From Azolla caroliniana (Eukaryota > Plantae > Polypodiophyta), in contig JBHGNT010000008.1 of NCBI GenBank assembly GCA_043228905.1, forward strand, positions 8,122,001 through 8,186,000: 64,000 bases of DNA, given 5' to 3'. Below are positions 1-10,649 of the stretch, piece by piece. Position 1 is the stretch's first letter. Each line of letters begins with the position of its first letter. A program made the translations under genes and the position numbers. The notes beneath the pieces were generated by a model. The model ran no database searches, was not told the origin of the DNA, and saw only the letters and a list, made by a program, of their open reading frames with translations.

Positions 1-111
1 ATCATAATTACCTAGAGCTATATAATATATTATGATTTTCAACTCCATCTAATCGGTTTGGTCAAGCCCTCATATAGTGTATAACTATCTATTATCTTAT
101 ACACCCTATCA
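1..111 (+). repeat. 3' part of an array LTR (cut by window start)
   Basis: Same sequence as 3193-3303; ends ccctatCA, followed by ttt and the PBS. Confidence 0.9.
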
Positions 112-114
112 TTT

Positions 115-131
115 TGGCGCTCCAGGGAGGG
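115..131 (+). promoter_or_regulatory. Primer-binding site (tRNA-Asn-like); also at 3307-3323 and 6499-6515
   Basis: TGGCGCTCCAGGGAGGG 3 nt after the LTR end. It resembles the plant tRNA-Asn PBS TGGCGCTAGAAGGAGGG; tRNA identity is inferred. Confidence 0.75.
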
Positions 132-198
132 TCGATCCTTTCCGTATAGGAAGAGAAGTTATCATTTAATTGTGTTACTATATTACATTAACTTAGCT

Positions 199-1356
199 AT
201 GCAATTTGCATTTTCGGGTGAAAGAACACAAGATGCTGGTGCCTTTTTGGCATGCTTTGAGCATCATGCCATATCTATTGGACGCATCACCGACAACGAA
301 AAGTTGCCCTTGTTGGTAGCTACATTCTATGGTCGTGCTCGAGATTGGTATGACTCTCTTCCGCAAAATGAACAAGGAGAATATCAATTATTGGTGCATC
401 AATTTCGTACAAGATATATTCAATGGAAAAGTGCAACTGAGGTAAGGGAGGAGCTTTTTCAACTAAAGATGGAATCACCTTTTGGTTTTTTAGAGTATGA
501 ACGAAATTTCCAAGAATTGTGGACGACGTGGATTCGTCTTCGTGGTGGCACCGAAGACGAGTGGTTTAAGATAGAACAATTTAAGGTGGGCCTTGATATG
601 CATTTCCGTTTGGAGGCAAGCTTGAAGGATCCAACGACTTTTCAAGCTCTTCTCCAAGTTTGTCAAGATTATGATCGACAAGTGAAGATGATGAGTTCCA
701 TGGGGGATCCCCAAATGACGGCTTTGGGTGCAAATTTGATGCCTCGTGCCAACTTTCAAGCCTTATCTTCAATTGTGCATGGTGGACAAGTGTTTCCAAA
801 TGTGTATACCACCACAACAATAAACCCAACAAGTATATCTCAAGAAGTGGAACAAGTGAAGAGTGAACAAGATACAATGGCGTTGGTGAATCGGCGCTTT
901 GATGAAGTGATGGCCCACTTGCAACAATCCCAAGCAATTCGCAACACTATTCCCGATGGTGGTGGCTCTAGAGGGCATCAAGGTGTAATTTGTTATTCTT
1001 GTCAAGAGGAGGGACACTCAACAAGATGTCCTCATCGACAACAAAGAGGTATGGAAAGAGACATGTATGAAGTGCAACGGAATGGACAACGACCTATCAA
1101 CAATGGAGTCGAAGGAGGCGAATCCATAACACTTCCAATGACTCAGGTTCCTACAATTCCTCATAATGTGAATCTTCTTAATTTTATTGATGATAGTGAT
1201 AGTGCTTGTGAAGTAGCTCTTGTGAAAAGGACAAGAGCCTCGCAAAAGGAGAAAGAAGTTGAAGGAGAATCTAGTGACTCAAGACAAAAGAAGAAGTCTA
1301 AGGAGAATGAGAAAGAGGACAAATTGAGAAGGAGACACTCTAGAAGGGGAAGATAA
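199..1356 (+). CDS. gag: Retrotransposon Gag-like protein, array unit 1
   Basis: Open frame from 172, first ATG at 199. Capsid-like FSGERTQDAGAFLACFE...GRARDWY and a degenerate zinc knuckle CYSCQEEGHSTRC. Confidence 0.85.
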   Translation: MQFAFSGERTQDAGAFLACFEHHAISIGRITDNEKLPLLVATFYGRARDWYDSLPQNEQGEYQLLVHQFRTRYIQWKSATEVREELFQLKMESPFGFLEYERNFQELWTTWIRLRGGTEDEWFKIEQFKVGLDMHFRLEASLKDPTTFQALLQVCQDYDRQVKMMSSMGDPQMTALGANLMPRANFQALSSIVHGGQVFPNVYTTTTINPTSISQEVEQVKSEQDTMALVNRRFDEVMAHLQQSQAIRNTIPDGGGSRGHQGVICYSCQEEGHSTRCPHRQQRGMERDMYEVQRNGQRPINNGVEGGESITLPMTQVPTIPHNVNLLNFIDDSDSACEVALVKRTRASQKEKEVEGESSDSRQKKKSKENEKEDKLRRRHSRRGR

Positions 1357-1358
1357 AG

Positions 1359-2300
1359 ATGGAGGATATTCCTATGGGAGAAGGTGTAGAATCTTTCAAT
1401 CGGAAGCATGAATTGATATCGAGTGGACCAAGGATAACATGGCCGCAACTTCTCCAATTATCATCCACATTACAAAATGAGTGGGGGAGGCTTGTGAGTA
1501 TTTGCCAAAGTCAAAAGACCGTGCATTACGTGGGGATCATGCGAGTAGAAGATCGAAAGGACATACGTCCAATCATCCCTGTCTCCATCAAAGGGGTTCA
1601 CATCAAAGATGCCTTGGGTGATAGTGGTGCTAGGGTAAGCTTGATTTCTGAATTTGTAGTAAACAAAGTAGGAATTCCTATTAGTAGGTCATCTTCAACA
1701 AGGGTGGTTGTAGTAGATAGTGGAGTGGGGCATTGCACAAGCATAGTGGAGGATGTGTTCATCAAGTGTTTTGGAATAAGAGGAGAAGCTTGCAACAAAT
1801 ACCACATCAACTTGAAGGAAAGTGTATCAATTTCCCCAAAGCTTCGGCAATTGAGTGTTGAACAAAAGGAAGAATTTATGCAAGAGTTCAACGCATGGTT
1901 ACAAGAAAGTTCCAATTATAAGATGGAAGATTTGAGGTGTGTGTCACCTATAGTTTTGGTTCCAAAGAAGAATGAGATCAATTTCAAACCCTTGAATGAT
2001 TCGACCAAACGAGATGAATTTTCACTTCCTTCTCGAGATGAGATTGTCGATAAAATGGTTGTTTATACAAAACAAGGTAGTGTGGACAATATGTTGTGCC
2101 AAAAAGGATTTCATGTGGATGATTCAAAGATTAACATAATTACAAAGATGACAATTCCGACAAGTCTTGAAGCTTTGAAAGTATTTGTGCAAAAGGTGCG
2201 CTCGCTCGAAAGATTCATTTATATGTTGACATGCTTACTGCTATCAAGAGTGATGTATCCCATGGCCCTACTAGTCTTTGGAGAGTTAACGAAGACATAA
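1359..2300 (+). CDS. Truncated Pol: aspartic protease plus internally deleted RT, unit 1
   Basis: Protease motif ALGDSGARVSLIS. RT N-terminal motifs SPIVLVPKKN and INFKPLN..T.RDEFSLP, then thumb-like GFHVDDSKI. No YXDD, RNase H or integrase. Confidence 0.8.
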   Translation: MEDIPMGEGVESFNRKHELISSGPRITWPQLLQLSSTLQNEWGRLVSICQSQKTVHYVGIMRVEDRKDIRPIIPVSIKGVHIKDALGDSGARVSLISEFVVNKVGIPISRSSSTRVVVVDSGVGHCTSIVEDVFIKCFGIRGEACNKYHINLKESVSISPKLRQLSVEQKEEFMQEFNAWLQESSNYKMEDLRCVSPIVLVPKKNEINFKPLNDSTKRDEFSLPSRDEIVDKMVVYTKQGSVDNMLCQKGFHVDDSKINIITKMTIPTSLEALKVFVQKVRSLERFIYMLTCLLLSRVMYPMALLVFGELTKT

Positions 2301-2546
2301 TGATTGTGGTAACCTCTTTCTTTGTGTTGACAAGGAGAAAGATGATGATGGAATTGTCAATGTGTGTGTGGGTGTGTCTAGGAGTGTGAGGTTTTTCCTA
2401 CCGATTAGCGGGGGTTTTACTCACATCTTTTTATTTTCTTTTTATTATATCTCTCTCATTGTCTATAGCAAAGAGATTGGCGAGAGAGCTTTTGTTTGTT
2501 AAGTACTGCCAATAAGTGCTTCGCCATAAATGGCTTAGCCTCTAAC

Positions 2547-2557
2547 AAGGGGGAGGG
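2547..2557 (+). promoter_or_regulatory. Polypurine tract; also at 5739-5749 and 8931-8941
   Basis: AAGGGGGAGGG 5 nt upstream of the LTR start TGTGAAAG. Confidence 0.8.
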
Positions 2558-2562
2558 CTAAA

Positions 2563-3303
2563 TGTGAAAGTGTTTTTAGAATCTAAGCCATTGAACATTA
2601 GGAGAATATAAATTCACCTTTTGAGGATAAGAACACGAACTAAGACCTTAGGGAAGAAGTCAAAAGTAAAAGTACGAGACCAAGAGAAAAGTTAAAAAGA
2701 GAAAACGCAGACTATAAAAAACAGTAAAACTAGAATGGTCATAACTCCCTCTTTGTTTATCCAAATATCACGTTTAAATATGGATTAGAAAGCTTGTAAA
2801 AAGAGCTTTCTATAGCTTTTTAAATCGCTTAATTTGGATATCGGATGAGGTAGATATGACGATTAGAAGGTCGATGTGTCATAGCTAAAAATAGGGAGAT
2901 AAAAAGCTTCTAAAAATAGCATGAACGTGGATAAGAAGAGGAAGTTTATAAAAGAAGAAAGTGATATTAGTGAGGAGGGGGGCGAAGAGTGAAGGAAAAA
3001 GAGTGGATGAGGAGTGTTAGGAAGAAGTGTCTTTGTGGAAGAGGAAGTGTCTTAGAAGAGGAAGGTCTTTGGTTTTAGTTCAATGTGGAGTTTGTCTCCT
3101 TTGTATTCTCTTGATGTTGGAATATCAGAACATTCTTATTTCTTGCTCGTTTTCTCTATCTTTTTTCTTAGTTTCTTGAGTTATACTCTCTAATCATAAT
3201 TACCTAGAGCTATATAATATATTATGATTTTCAACTCCATCTAATCGGTTTGGTCAAGCCCTCATATAGTGTATAACTATCTATTATCTTATACACCCTA
3301 TCA
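2563..3303 (+). repeat. Shared LTR between units 1 and 2 (741 bp)
   Basis: TG...CA, preceded by PPT and followed by PBS. Confidence 0.88.
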
Positions 3304-3390
3304 TTTTGGCGCTCCAGGGAGGGTCGATCCTTTCCGTATAGGAAGAGAAGTTATCATTTAATTGTGTTACTATATTACATTAACTTAGCT

Positions 3391-4548
3391 ATGCAATTTG
3401 CATTTTCGGGTGAAAGAACACAAGATGCTGGTGCCTTTTTGGCATGCTTTGAGCATCATGCCATATCTATTGGACGCATCACCGACAACGAAAAGTTGCC
3501 CTTGTTGGTAGCTACATTCTATGGTCGTGCTCGAGATTGGTATGACTCTCTTCCGCAAAATGAACAAGGAGAATATCAATTATTGGTGCATCAATTTCGT
3601 ACAAGATATATTCAATGGAAAAGTGCAACTGAGGTAAGGGAGGAGCTTTTTCAACTAAAGATGGAATCACCTTTTGGTTTTTTAGAGTATGAACGAAATT
3701 TCCAAGAATTGTGGACGACGTGGATTCGTCTTCGTGGTGGCACCGAAGACGAGTGGTTTAAGATAGAACAATTTAAGGTGGGCCTTGATATGCATTTCCG
3801 TTTGGAGGCAAGCTTGAAGGATCCAACGACTTTTCAAGCTCTTCTCCAAGTTTGTCAAGATTATGATCGACAAGTGAAGATGATGAGTTCCATGGGGGAT
3901 CCCCAAATGACGGCTTTGGGTGCAAATTTGATGCCTCGTGCCAACTTTCAAGCCTTATCTTCAATTGTGCATGGTGGACAAGTGTTTCCAAATGTGTATA
4001 CCACCACAACAATAAACCCAACAAGTATATCTCAAGAAGTGGAACAAGTGAAGAGTGAACAAGATACAATGGCGTTGGTGAATCGGCGCTTTGATGAAGT
4101 GATGGCCCACTTGCAACAATCCCAAGCAATTCGCAACACTATTCCCGATGGTGGTGGCTCTAGAGGGCATCAAGGTGTAATTTGTTATTCTTGTCAAGAG
4201 GAGGGACACTCAACAAGATGTCCTCATCGACAACAAAGAGGTATGGAAAGAGACATGTATGAAGTGCAACGGAATGGACAACGACCTATCAACAATGGAG
4301 TCGAAGGAGGCGAATCCATAACACTTCCAATGACTCAGGTTCCTACAATTCCTCATAATGTGAATCTTCTTAATTTTATTGATGATAGTGATAGTGCTTG
4401 TGAAGTAGCTCTTGTGAAAAGGACAAGAGCCTCGCAAAAGGAGAAAGAAGTTGAAGGAGAATCTAGTGACTCAAGACAAAAGAAGAAGTCTAAGGAGAAT
4501 GAGAAAGAGGACAAATTGAGAAGGAGACACTCTAGAAGGGGAAGATAA
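3391..4548 (+). CDS. gag: Gag-like protein, unit 2
   Basis: Translation identical to unit 1. Confidence 0.85.
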   Translation: MQFAFSGERTQDAGAFLACFEHHAISIGRITDNEKLPLLVATFYGRARDWYDSLPQNEQGEYQLLVHQFRTRYIQWKSATEVREELFQLKMESPFGFLEYERNFQELWTTWIRLRGGTEDEWFKIEQFKVGLDMHFRLEASLKDPTTFQALLQVCQDYDRQVKMMSSMGDPQMTALGANLMPRANFQALSSIVHGGQVFPNVYTTTTINPTSISQEVEQVKSEQDTMALVNRRFDEVMAHLQQSQAIRNTIPDGGGSRGHQGVICYSCQEEGHSTRCPHRQQRGMERDMYEVQRNGQRPINNGVEGGESITLPMTQVPTIPHNVNLLNFIDDSDSACEVALVKRTRASQKEKEVEGESSDSRQKKKSKENEKEDKLRRRHSRRGR

Positions 4549-4550
4549 AG

Positions 4551-5492
4551 ATGGAGGATATTCCTATGGGAGAAGGTGTAGAATCTTTCAATCGGAAGCA
4601 TGAATTGATATCGAGTGGACCAAGGATAACATGGCCGCAACTTCTCCAATTATCATCCACATTACAAAATGAGTGGGGGAGGCTTGTGAGTATTTGCCAA
4701 AGTCAAAAGACCGTGCATTACGTGGGGATCATGCGAGTAGAAGATCGAAAGGACATACGTCCAATCATCCCTGTCTCCATCAAAGGGGTTCACATCAAAG
4801 ATGCCTTGGGTGATAGTGGTGCTAGGGTAAGCTTGATTTCTGAATTTGTAGTAAACAAAGTAGGAATTCCTATTAGTAGGTCATCTTCAACAAGGGTGGT
4901 TGTAGTAGATAGTGGAGTGGGGCATTGCACAAGCATAGTGGAGGATGTGTTCATCAAGTGTTTTGGAATAAGAGGAGAAGCTTGCAACAAATACCACATC
5001 AACTTGAAGGAAAGTGTATCAATTTCCCCAAAGCTTCGGCAATTGAGTGTTGAACAAAAGGAAGAATTTATGCAAGAGTTCAACGCATGGTTACAAGAAA
5101 GTTCCAATTATAAGATGGAAGATTTGAGGTGTGTGTCACCTATAGTTTTGGTTCCAAAGAAGAATGAGATCAATTTCAAACCCTTGAATGATTCGACCAA
5201 ACGAGATGAATTTTCACTTCCTTCTCGAGATGAGATTGTCGATAAAATGGTTGTTTATACAAAACAAGGTAGTGTGGACAATATGTTGTGCCAAAAAGGA
5301 TTTCATGTGGATGATTCAAAGATTAACATAATTACAAAGATGACAATTCCGACAAGTCTTGAAGCTTTGAAAGTATTTGTGCAAAAGGTGCGCTCGCTCG
5401 AAAGATTCATTTATATGTTGACATGCTTACTGCTATCAAGAGTGATGTATCCCATGGCCCTACTAGTCTTTGGAGAGTTAACGAAGACATAA
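4551..5492 (+). CDS. Truncated Pol (protease plus deleted RT), unit 2
   Basis: Translation identical to unit 1. Confidence 0.8.
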   Translation: MEDIPMGEGVESFNRKHELISSGPRITWPQLLQLSSTLQNEWGRLVSICQSQKTVHYVGIMRVEDRKDIRPIIPVSIKGVHIKDALGDSGARVSLISEFVVNKVGIPISRSSSTRVVVVDSGVGHCTSIVEDVFIKCFGIRGEACNKYHINLKESVSISPKLRQLSVEQKEEFMQEFNAWLQESSNYKMEDLRCVSPIVLVPKKNEINFKPLNDSTKRDEFSLPSRDEIVDKMVVYTKQGSVDNMLCQKGFHVDDSKINIITKMTIPTSLEALKVFVQKVRSLERFIYMLTCLLLSRVMYPMALLVFGELTKT

Positions 5493-5754
5493 TGATTGTG
5501 GTAACCTCTTTCTTTGTGTTGACAAGGAGAAAGATGATGATGGAATTGTCAATGTGTGTGTGGGTGTGTCTAGGAGTGTGAGGTTTTTCCTACCGATTAG
5601 CGGGGGTTTTACTCACATCTTTTTATTTTCTTTTTATTATATCTCTCTCATTGTCTATAGCAAAGAGATTGGCGAGAGAGCTTTTGTTTGTTAAGTACTG
5701 CCAATAAGTGCTTCGCCATAAATGGCTTAGCCTCTAACAAGGGGGAGGGCTAAA

Positions 5755-6495
5755 TGTGAAAGTGTTTTTAGAATCTAAGCCATTGAACATTAGGAGAATA
5801 TAAATTCACCTTTTGAGGATAAGAACACGAACTAAGACCTTAGGGAAGAAGTCAAAAGTAAAAGTACGAGACCAAGAGAAAAGTTAAAAAGAGAAAACGC
5901 AGACTATAAAAAACAGTAAAACTAGAATGGTCATAACTCCCTCTTTGTTTATCCAAATATCACGTTTAAATATGGATTAGAAAGCTTGTAAAAAGAGCTT
6001 TCTATAGCTTTTTAAATCGCTTAATTTGGATATCGGATGAGGTAGATATGACGATTAGAAGGTCGATGTGTCATAGCTAAAAATAGGGAGATAAAAAGCT
6101 TCTAAAAATAGCATGAACGTGGATAAGAAGAGGAAGTTTATAAAAGAAGAAAGTGATATTAGTGAGGAGGGGGGCGAAGAGTGAAGGAAAAAGAGTGGAT
6201 GAGGAGTGTTAGGAAGAAGTGTCTTTGTGGAAGAGGAAGTGTCTTAGAAGAGGAAGGTCTTTGGTTTTAGTTCAATGTGGAGTTTGTCTCCTTTGTATTC
6301 TCTTGATGTTGGAATATCAGAACATTCTTATTTCTTGCTCGTTTTCTCTATCTTTTTTCTTAGTTTCTTGAGTTATACTCTCTAATCATAATTACCTAGA
6401 GCTATATAATATATTATGATTTTCAACTCCATCTAATCGGTTTGGTCAAGCCCTCATATAGTGTATAACTATCTATTATCTTATACACCCTATCA
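5755..6495 (+). repeat. Shared LTR between units 2 and 3
   Basis: Appears identical to 2563-3303. Confidence 0.88.
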
Positions 6496-6582
6496 TTTTG
6501 GCGCTCCAGGGAGGGTCGATCCTTTCCGTATAGGAAGAGAAGTTATCATTTAATTGTGTTACTATATTACATTAACTTAGCT

Positions 6583-7740
6583 ATGCAATTTGCATTTTCG
6601 GGTGAAAGAACACAAGATGCTGGTGCCTTTTTGGCATGCTTTGAGCATCATGCCATATCTATTGGACGCATCACCGACAACGAAAAGTTGCCCTTGTTGG
6701 TAGCTACATTCTATGGTCGTGCTCGAGATTGGTATGACTCTCTTCCGCAAAATGAACAAGGAGAATATCAATTATTGGTGCATCAATTTCGTACAAGATA
6801 TATTCAATGGAAAAGTGCAACTGAGGTAAGGGAGGAGCTTTTTCAACTAAAGATGGAATCACCTTTTGGTTTTTTAGAGTATGAACGAAATTTCCAAGAA
6901 TTGTGGACGACGTGGATTCGTCTTCGTGGTGGCACCGAAGACGAGTGGTTTAAGATAGAACAATTTAAGGTGGGCCTTGATATGCATTTCCGTTTGGAGG
7001 CAAGCTTGAAGGATCCAACGACTTTTCAAGCTCTTCTCCAAGTTTGTCAAGATTATGATCGACAAGTGAAGATGATGAGTTCCATGGGGGATCCCCAAAT
7101 GACGGCTTTGGGTGCAAATTTGATGCCTCGTGCCAACTTTCAAGCCTTATCTTCAATTGTGCATGGTGGACAAGTGTTTCCAAATGTGTATACCACCACA
7201 ACAATAAACCCAACAAGTATATCTCAAGAAGTGGAACAAGTGAAGAGTGAACAAGATACAATGGCGTTGGTGAATCGGCGCTTTGATGAAGTGATGGCCC
7301 ACTTGCAACAATCCCAAGCAATTCGCAACACTATTCCCGATGGTGGTGGCTCTAGAGGGCATCAAGGTGTAATTTGTTATTCTTGTCAAGAGGAGGGACA
7401 CTCAACAAGATGTCCTCATCGACAACAAAGAGGTATGGAAAGAGACATGTATGAAGTGCAACGGAATGGACAACGACCTATCAACAATGGAGTCGAAGGA
7501 GGCGAATCCATAACACTTCCAATGACTCAGGTTCCTACAATTCCTCATAATGTGAATCTTCTTAATTTTATTGATGATAGTGATAGTGCTTGTGAAGTAG
7601 CTCTTGTGAAAAGGACAAGAGCCTCGCAAAAGGAGAAAGAAGTTGAAGGAGAATCTAGTGACTCAAGACAAAAGAAGAAGTCTAAGGAGAATGAGAAAGA
7701 GGACAAATTGAGAAGGAGACACTCTAGAAGGGGAAGATAA
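6583..7740 (+). CDS. gag: Gag-like protein, unit 3
   Basis: Translation identical to unit 1. Confidence 0.85.
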   Translation: MQFAFSGERTQDAGAFLACFEHHAISIGRITDNEKLPLLVATFYGRARDWYDSLPQNEQGEYQLLVHQFRTRYIQWKSATEVREELFQLKMESPFGFLEYERNFQELWTTWIRLRGGTEDEWFKIEQFKVGLDMHFRLEASLKDPTTFQALLQVCQDYDRQVKMMSSMGDPQMTALGANLMPRANFQALSSIVHGGQVFPNVYTTTTINPTSISQEVEQVKSEQDTMALVNRRFDEVMAHLQQSQAIRNTIPDGGGSRGHQGVICYSCQEEGHSTRCPHRQQRGMERDMYEVQRNGQRPINNGVEGGESITLPMTQVPTIPHNVNLLNFIDDSDSACEVALVKRTRASQKEKEVEGESSDSRQKKKSKENEKEDKLRRRHSRRGR

Positions 7741-7742
7741 AG

Positions 7743-8684
7743 ATGGAGGATATTCCTATGGGAGAAGGTGTAGAATCTTTCAATCGGAAGCATGAATTGA
7801 TATCGAGTGGACCAAGGATAACATGGCCGCAACTTCTCCAATTATCATCCACATTACAAAATGAGTGGGGGAGGCTTGTGAGTATTTGCCAAAGTCAAAA
7901 GACCGTGCATTACGTGGGGATCATGCGAGTAGAAGATCGAAAGGACATACGTCCAATCATCCCTGTCTCCATCAAAGGGGTTCACATCAAAGATGCCTTG
8001 GGTGATAGTGGTGCTAGGGTAAGCTTGATTTCTGAATTTGTAGTAAACAAAGTAGGAATTCCTATTAGTAGGTCATCTTCAACAAGGGTGGTTGTAGTAG
8101 ATAGTGGAGTGGGGCATTGCACAAGCATAGTGGAGGATGTGTTCATCAAGTGTTTTGGAATAAGAGGAGAAGCTTGCAACAAATACCACATCAACTTGAA
8201 GGAAAGTGTATCAATTTCCCCAAAGCTTCGGCAATTGAGTGTTGAACAAAAGGAAGAATTTATGCAAGAGTTCAACGCATGGTTACAAGAAAGTTCCAAT
8301 TATAAGATGGAAGATTTGAGGTGTGTGTCACCTATAGTTTTGGTTCCAAAGAAGAATGAGATCAATTTCAAACCCTTGAATGATTCGACCAAACGAGATG
8401 AATTTTCACTTCCTTCTCGAGATGAGATTGTCGATAAAATGGTTGTTTATACAAAACAAGGTAGTGTGGACAATATGTTGTGCCAAAAAGGATTTCATGT
8501 GGATGATTCAAAGATTAACATAATTACAAAGATGACAATTCCGACAAGTCTTGAAGCTTTGAAAGTATTTGTGCAAAAGGTGCGCTCGCTCGAAAGATTC
8601 ATTTATATGTTGACATGCTTACTGCTATCAAGAGTGATGTATCCCATGGCCCTACTAGTCTTTGGAGAGTTAACGAAGACATAA
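7743..8684 (+). CDS. Truncated Pol (protease plus deleted RT), unit 3
   Basis: Translation identical to unit 1. Confidence 0.8.
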   Translation: MEDIPMGEGVESFNRKHELISSGPRITWPQLLQLSSTLQNEWGRLVSICQSQKTVHYVGIMRVEDRKDIRPIIPVSIKGVHIKDALGDSGARVSLISEFVVNKVGIPISRSSSTRVVVVDSGVGHCTSIVEDVFIKCFGIRGEACNKYHINLKESVSISPKLRQLSVEQKEEFMQEFNAWLQESSNYKMEDLRCVSPIVLVPKKNEINFKPLNDSTKRDEFSLPSRDEIVDKMVVYTKQGSVDNMLCQKGFHVDDSKINIITKMTIPTSLEALKVFVQKVRSLERFIYMLTCLLLSRVMYPMALLVFGELTKT

Positions 8685-8946
8685 TGATTGTGGTAACCTC
8701 TTTCTTTGTGTTGACAAGGAGAAAGATGATGATGGAATTGTCAATGTGTGTGTGGGTGTGTCTAGGAGTGTGAGGTTTTTCCTACCGATTAGCGGGGGTT
8801 TTACTCACATCTTTTTATTTTCTTTTTATTATATCTCTCTCATTGTCTATAGCAAAGAGATTGGCGAGAGAGCTTTTGTTTGTTAAGTACTGCCAATAAG
8901 TGCTTCGCCATAAATGGCTTAGCCTCTAACAAGGGGGAGGGCTAAA

Positions 8947-9686
8947 TGTGAAAGTGTTTTTAGAATCTAAGCCATTGAACATTAGGAGAATATAAATTCA
9001 CCTTTTGAGGATAAGAACACGAACTAAGACCTTAGGGAAGAAGTCAAAAGTAAAAGTACGAGACCAAGAGAAAAGTTAAAAAGAGAAAACGCAGACTATA
9101 AAAAACAGTAAAACTAGAATGGTCATAACTCCCTCTTTGTTTATCCAAATATCACGTTTAAATATGGATTAGAAAGCTTGTAAAAAGAGCTTTCTATAGC
9201 TTTTTAAATCGCTTAATTTGGATATCGGATGAGGTAGATATGACGATTAGAAGGTCGATGTGTCATAGCTAAAAATAGGGAGATAAAAAGCTTCTAAAAA
9301 TAGCATGAACGTGGATAAGAAGAGGAAGTTTATAAAAGAAGAAAGGATATTAGTGAGGAGGGAGGCTAAGAGTGAAGGCAAAAGAGTGGATGAGGAGTGT
9401 TAGGAAGAAGTGTCTTTGTGGAAGAGGAAGTGTCTTAAAAGAGGAAGGTCTTTGGTTTTAGTTCAATGTGGAGTTTGTCTCCTTTGTATTCTCTTGATAT
9501 TGGAATATCAGAACATTCTTATTTCTTGCTCGCTTTCTCTATCTTTTTTCTTAGTTTCTTGAGTTATACTCTCTAATCATAATTACCTAGAGCTATATAA
9601 TATATTATGATTTTCAACTCCATCTAATCGGTTTGGTCAAGCCCTCATATAGTGTATAACTATCTATTATCTTATACACCCTATCA
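8947..9686 (+). repeat. Terminal 3' LTR of the array (740 bp)
   Basis: Like the internal LTRs but with about 7 differences confined to 9346-9533; not followed by a PBS. Confidence 0.9.
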
Positions 9687-9924
9687 CATAGCTCAATAGT
9701 TGTTCGCCCACACACGACACGAAGCAGTATAGTACCCTGCTCGCTGATTGCTCCCACGACGGGAAGTCTCTGTGTGTCGATTCGGGTGCCGCATCATTAG
9801 CTCCTTCGACATAACTCCAGTAGCCGTGCCCGAGTAGGTACTGGTGCATCTTGTAGGACCAAGACGCGTAGTTGGTTCTGTCGAGCTTCTTTGTTGGAAG
9901 CGAGCTCGCCATGCCTCTATCCAT
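9687..9924 (-). pseudogene. gag: Copia gag N-terminal fragment
   Basis: KLDRTNYASWSYKMHQYLLGHGYWSYVEG is a typical Copia Gag N-terminus; cut at the array LTR. Confidence 0.85.
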
Positions 9925-10283
9925 CGTTCTTCTTGTTCTTCTTCGTCAAGCTGTGTCGGCTGCAGAGAGGTTCTCAACCCTCGCGCTCTGATACCATGTA
10001 GAAAGTAGCGTGCGGAAGCAGGTATGAAGACAGAACAGAGGAAGGAAACTCAGGTTCAATGGAGAGCTTAGGCTTACACGGTATACGCGGGAGAGACAGA
10101 GAGAGAAACACAAAAAACTATATTTAACAATAATACTCAATCTCTATACATAAGACGTGCTCAGTGAGCACTTTTATACAAGTCCTAAAAGGATTGACCG
10201 AAGTACTGACAGTACTTCAATGCTCATCAAGAGCCCCTACACTAACTCCCAAATATATTCCTCACGGAATATCTTTCCTAACA
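9687..10283 (-). mobile_element. 5' end of a Copia LTR retrotransposon (LTR 9997-10283, iMet PBS, start of gag), interrupted by the array
   Basis: Minus strand reads TGTTAGGAAAG...TTTCTACA then TGGTATCAGAGC (9985-9996). Confidence 0.85.
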
Positions 10284-10649
10284 ACCTCCTGGTTTACGCG
10301 CTCGGCCTAACCGATCAGTCCCAACCGATCCGGTCCTCGGCTTCTTCAGCCGATCCGGCCGATGTTGAGCTGGTCTCTCAACACTATGAATAGGACATTA
10401 AACCCACGTCACATGGCACACAATGTTATTATAGTACACGACCTGCACATGCGGAGGCTCGAAAAAGGCGCCAAGATGCAGAGAGAAAAACCCCCACGCA
10501 TCGAGACCTTCTCCTATCGCGAACCAAGGAGAACAGATGCAGACAGACGTGTAAAGATCAATCGTAGAGAACCCCCTCACTCAGAACTTTCTCTCTCACA
10601 CTCTCCCCACCATCAAACCTCGCCAACGCTCTCCGACCTCGACGCAGAG

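Larger units (their letters stand above)
1..9686 (+). mobile_element. Tandem array of a miniature Gypsy-type LTR retrotransposon, 3192-bp unit, 3 internal regions sharing LTRs; begins left of the window
   Basis: All ORFs recur with identical translation at +3192 and +6384. Each unit is LTR-PBS-gag-PR/partial RT-PPT. The array ends at ...ccctatCA 9686 and abuts Copia gag sequence. Confidence 0.95.

Noticed and set aside
1340-1361. Programmed -1 frameshift between gag and mini-pol
   Set aside because: No canonical X XXY YYZ slippery heptamer seen; a mutation copied by array amplification is equally likely.
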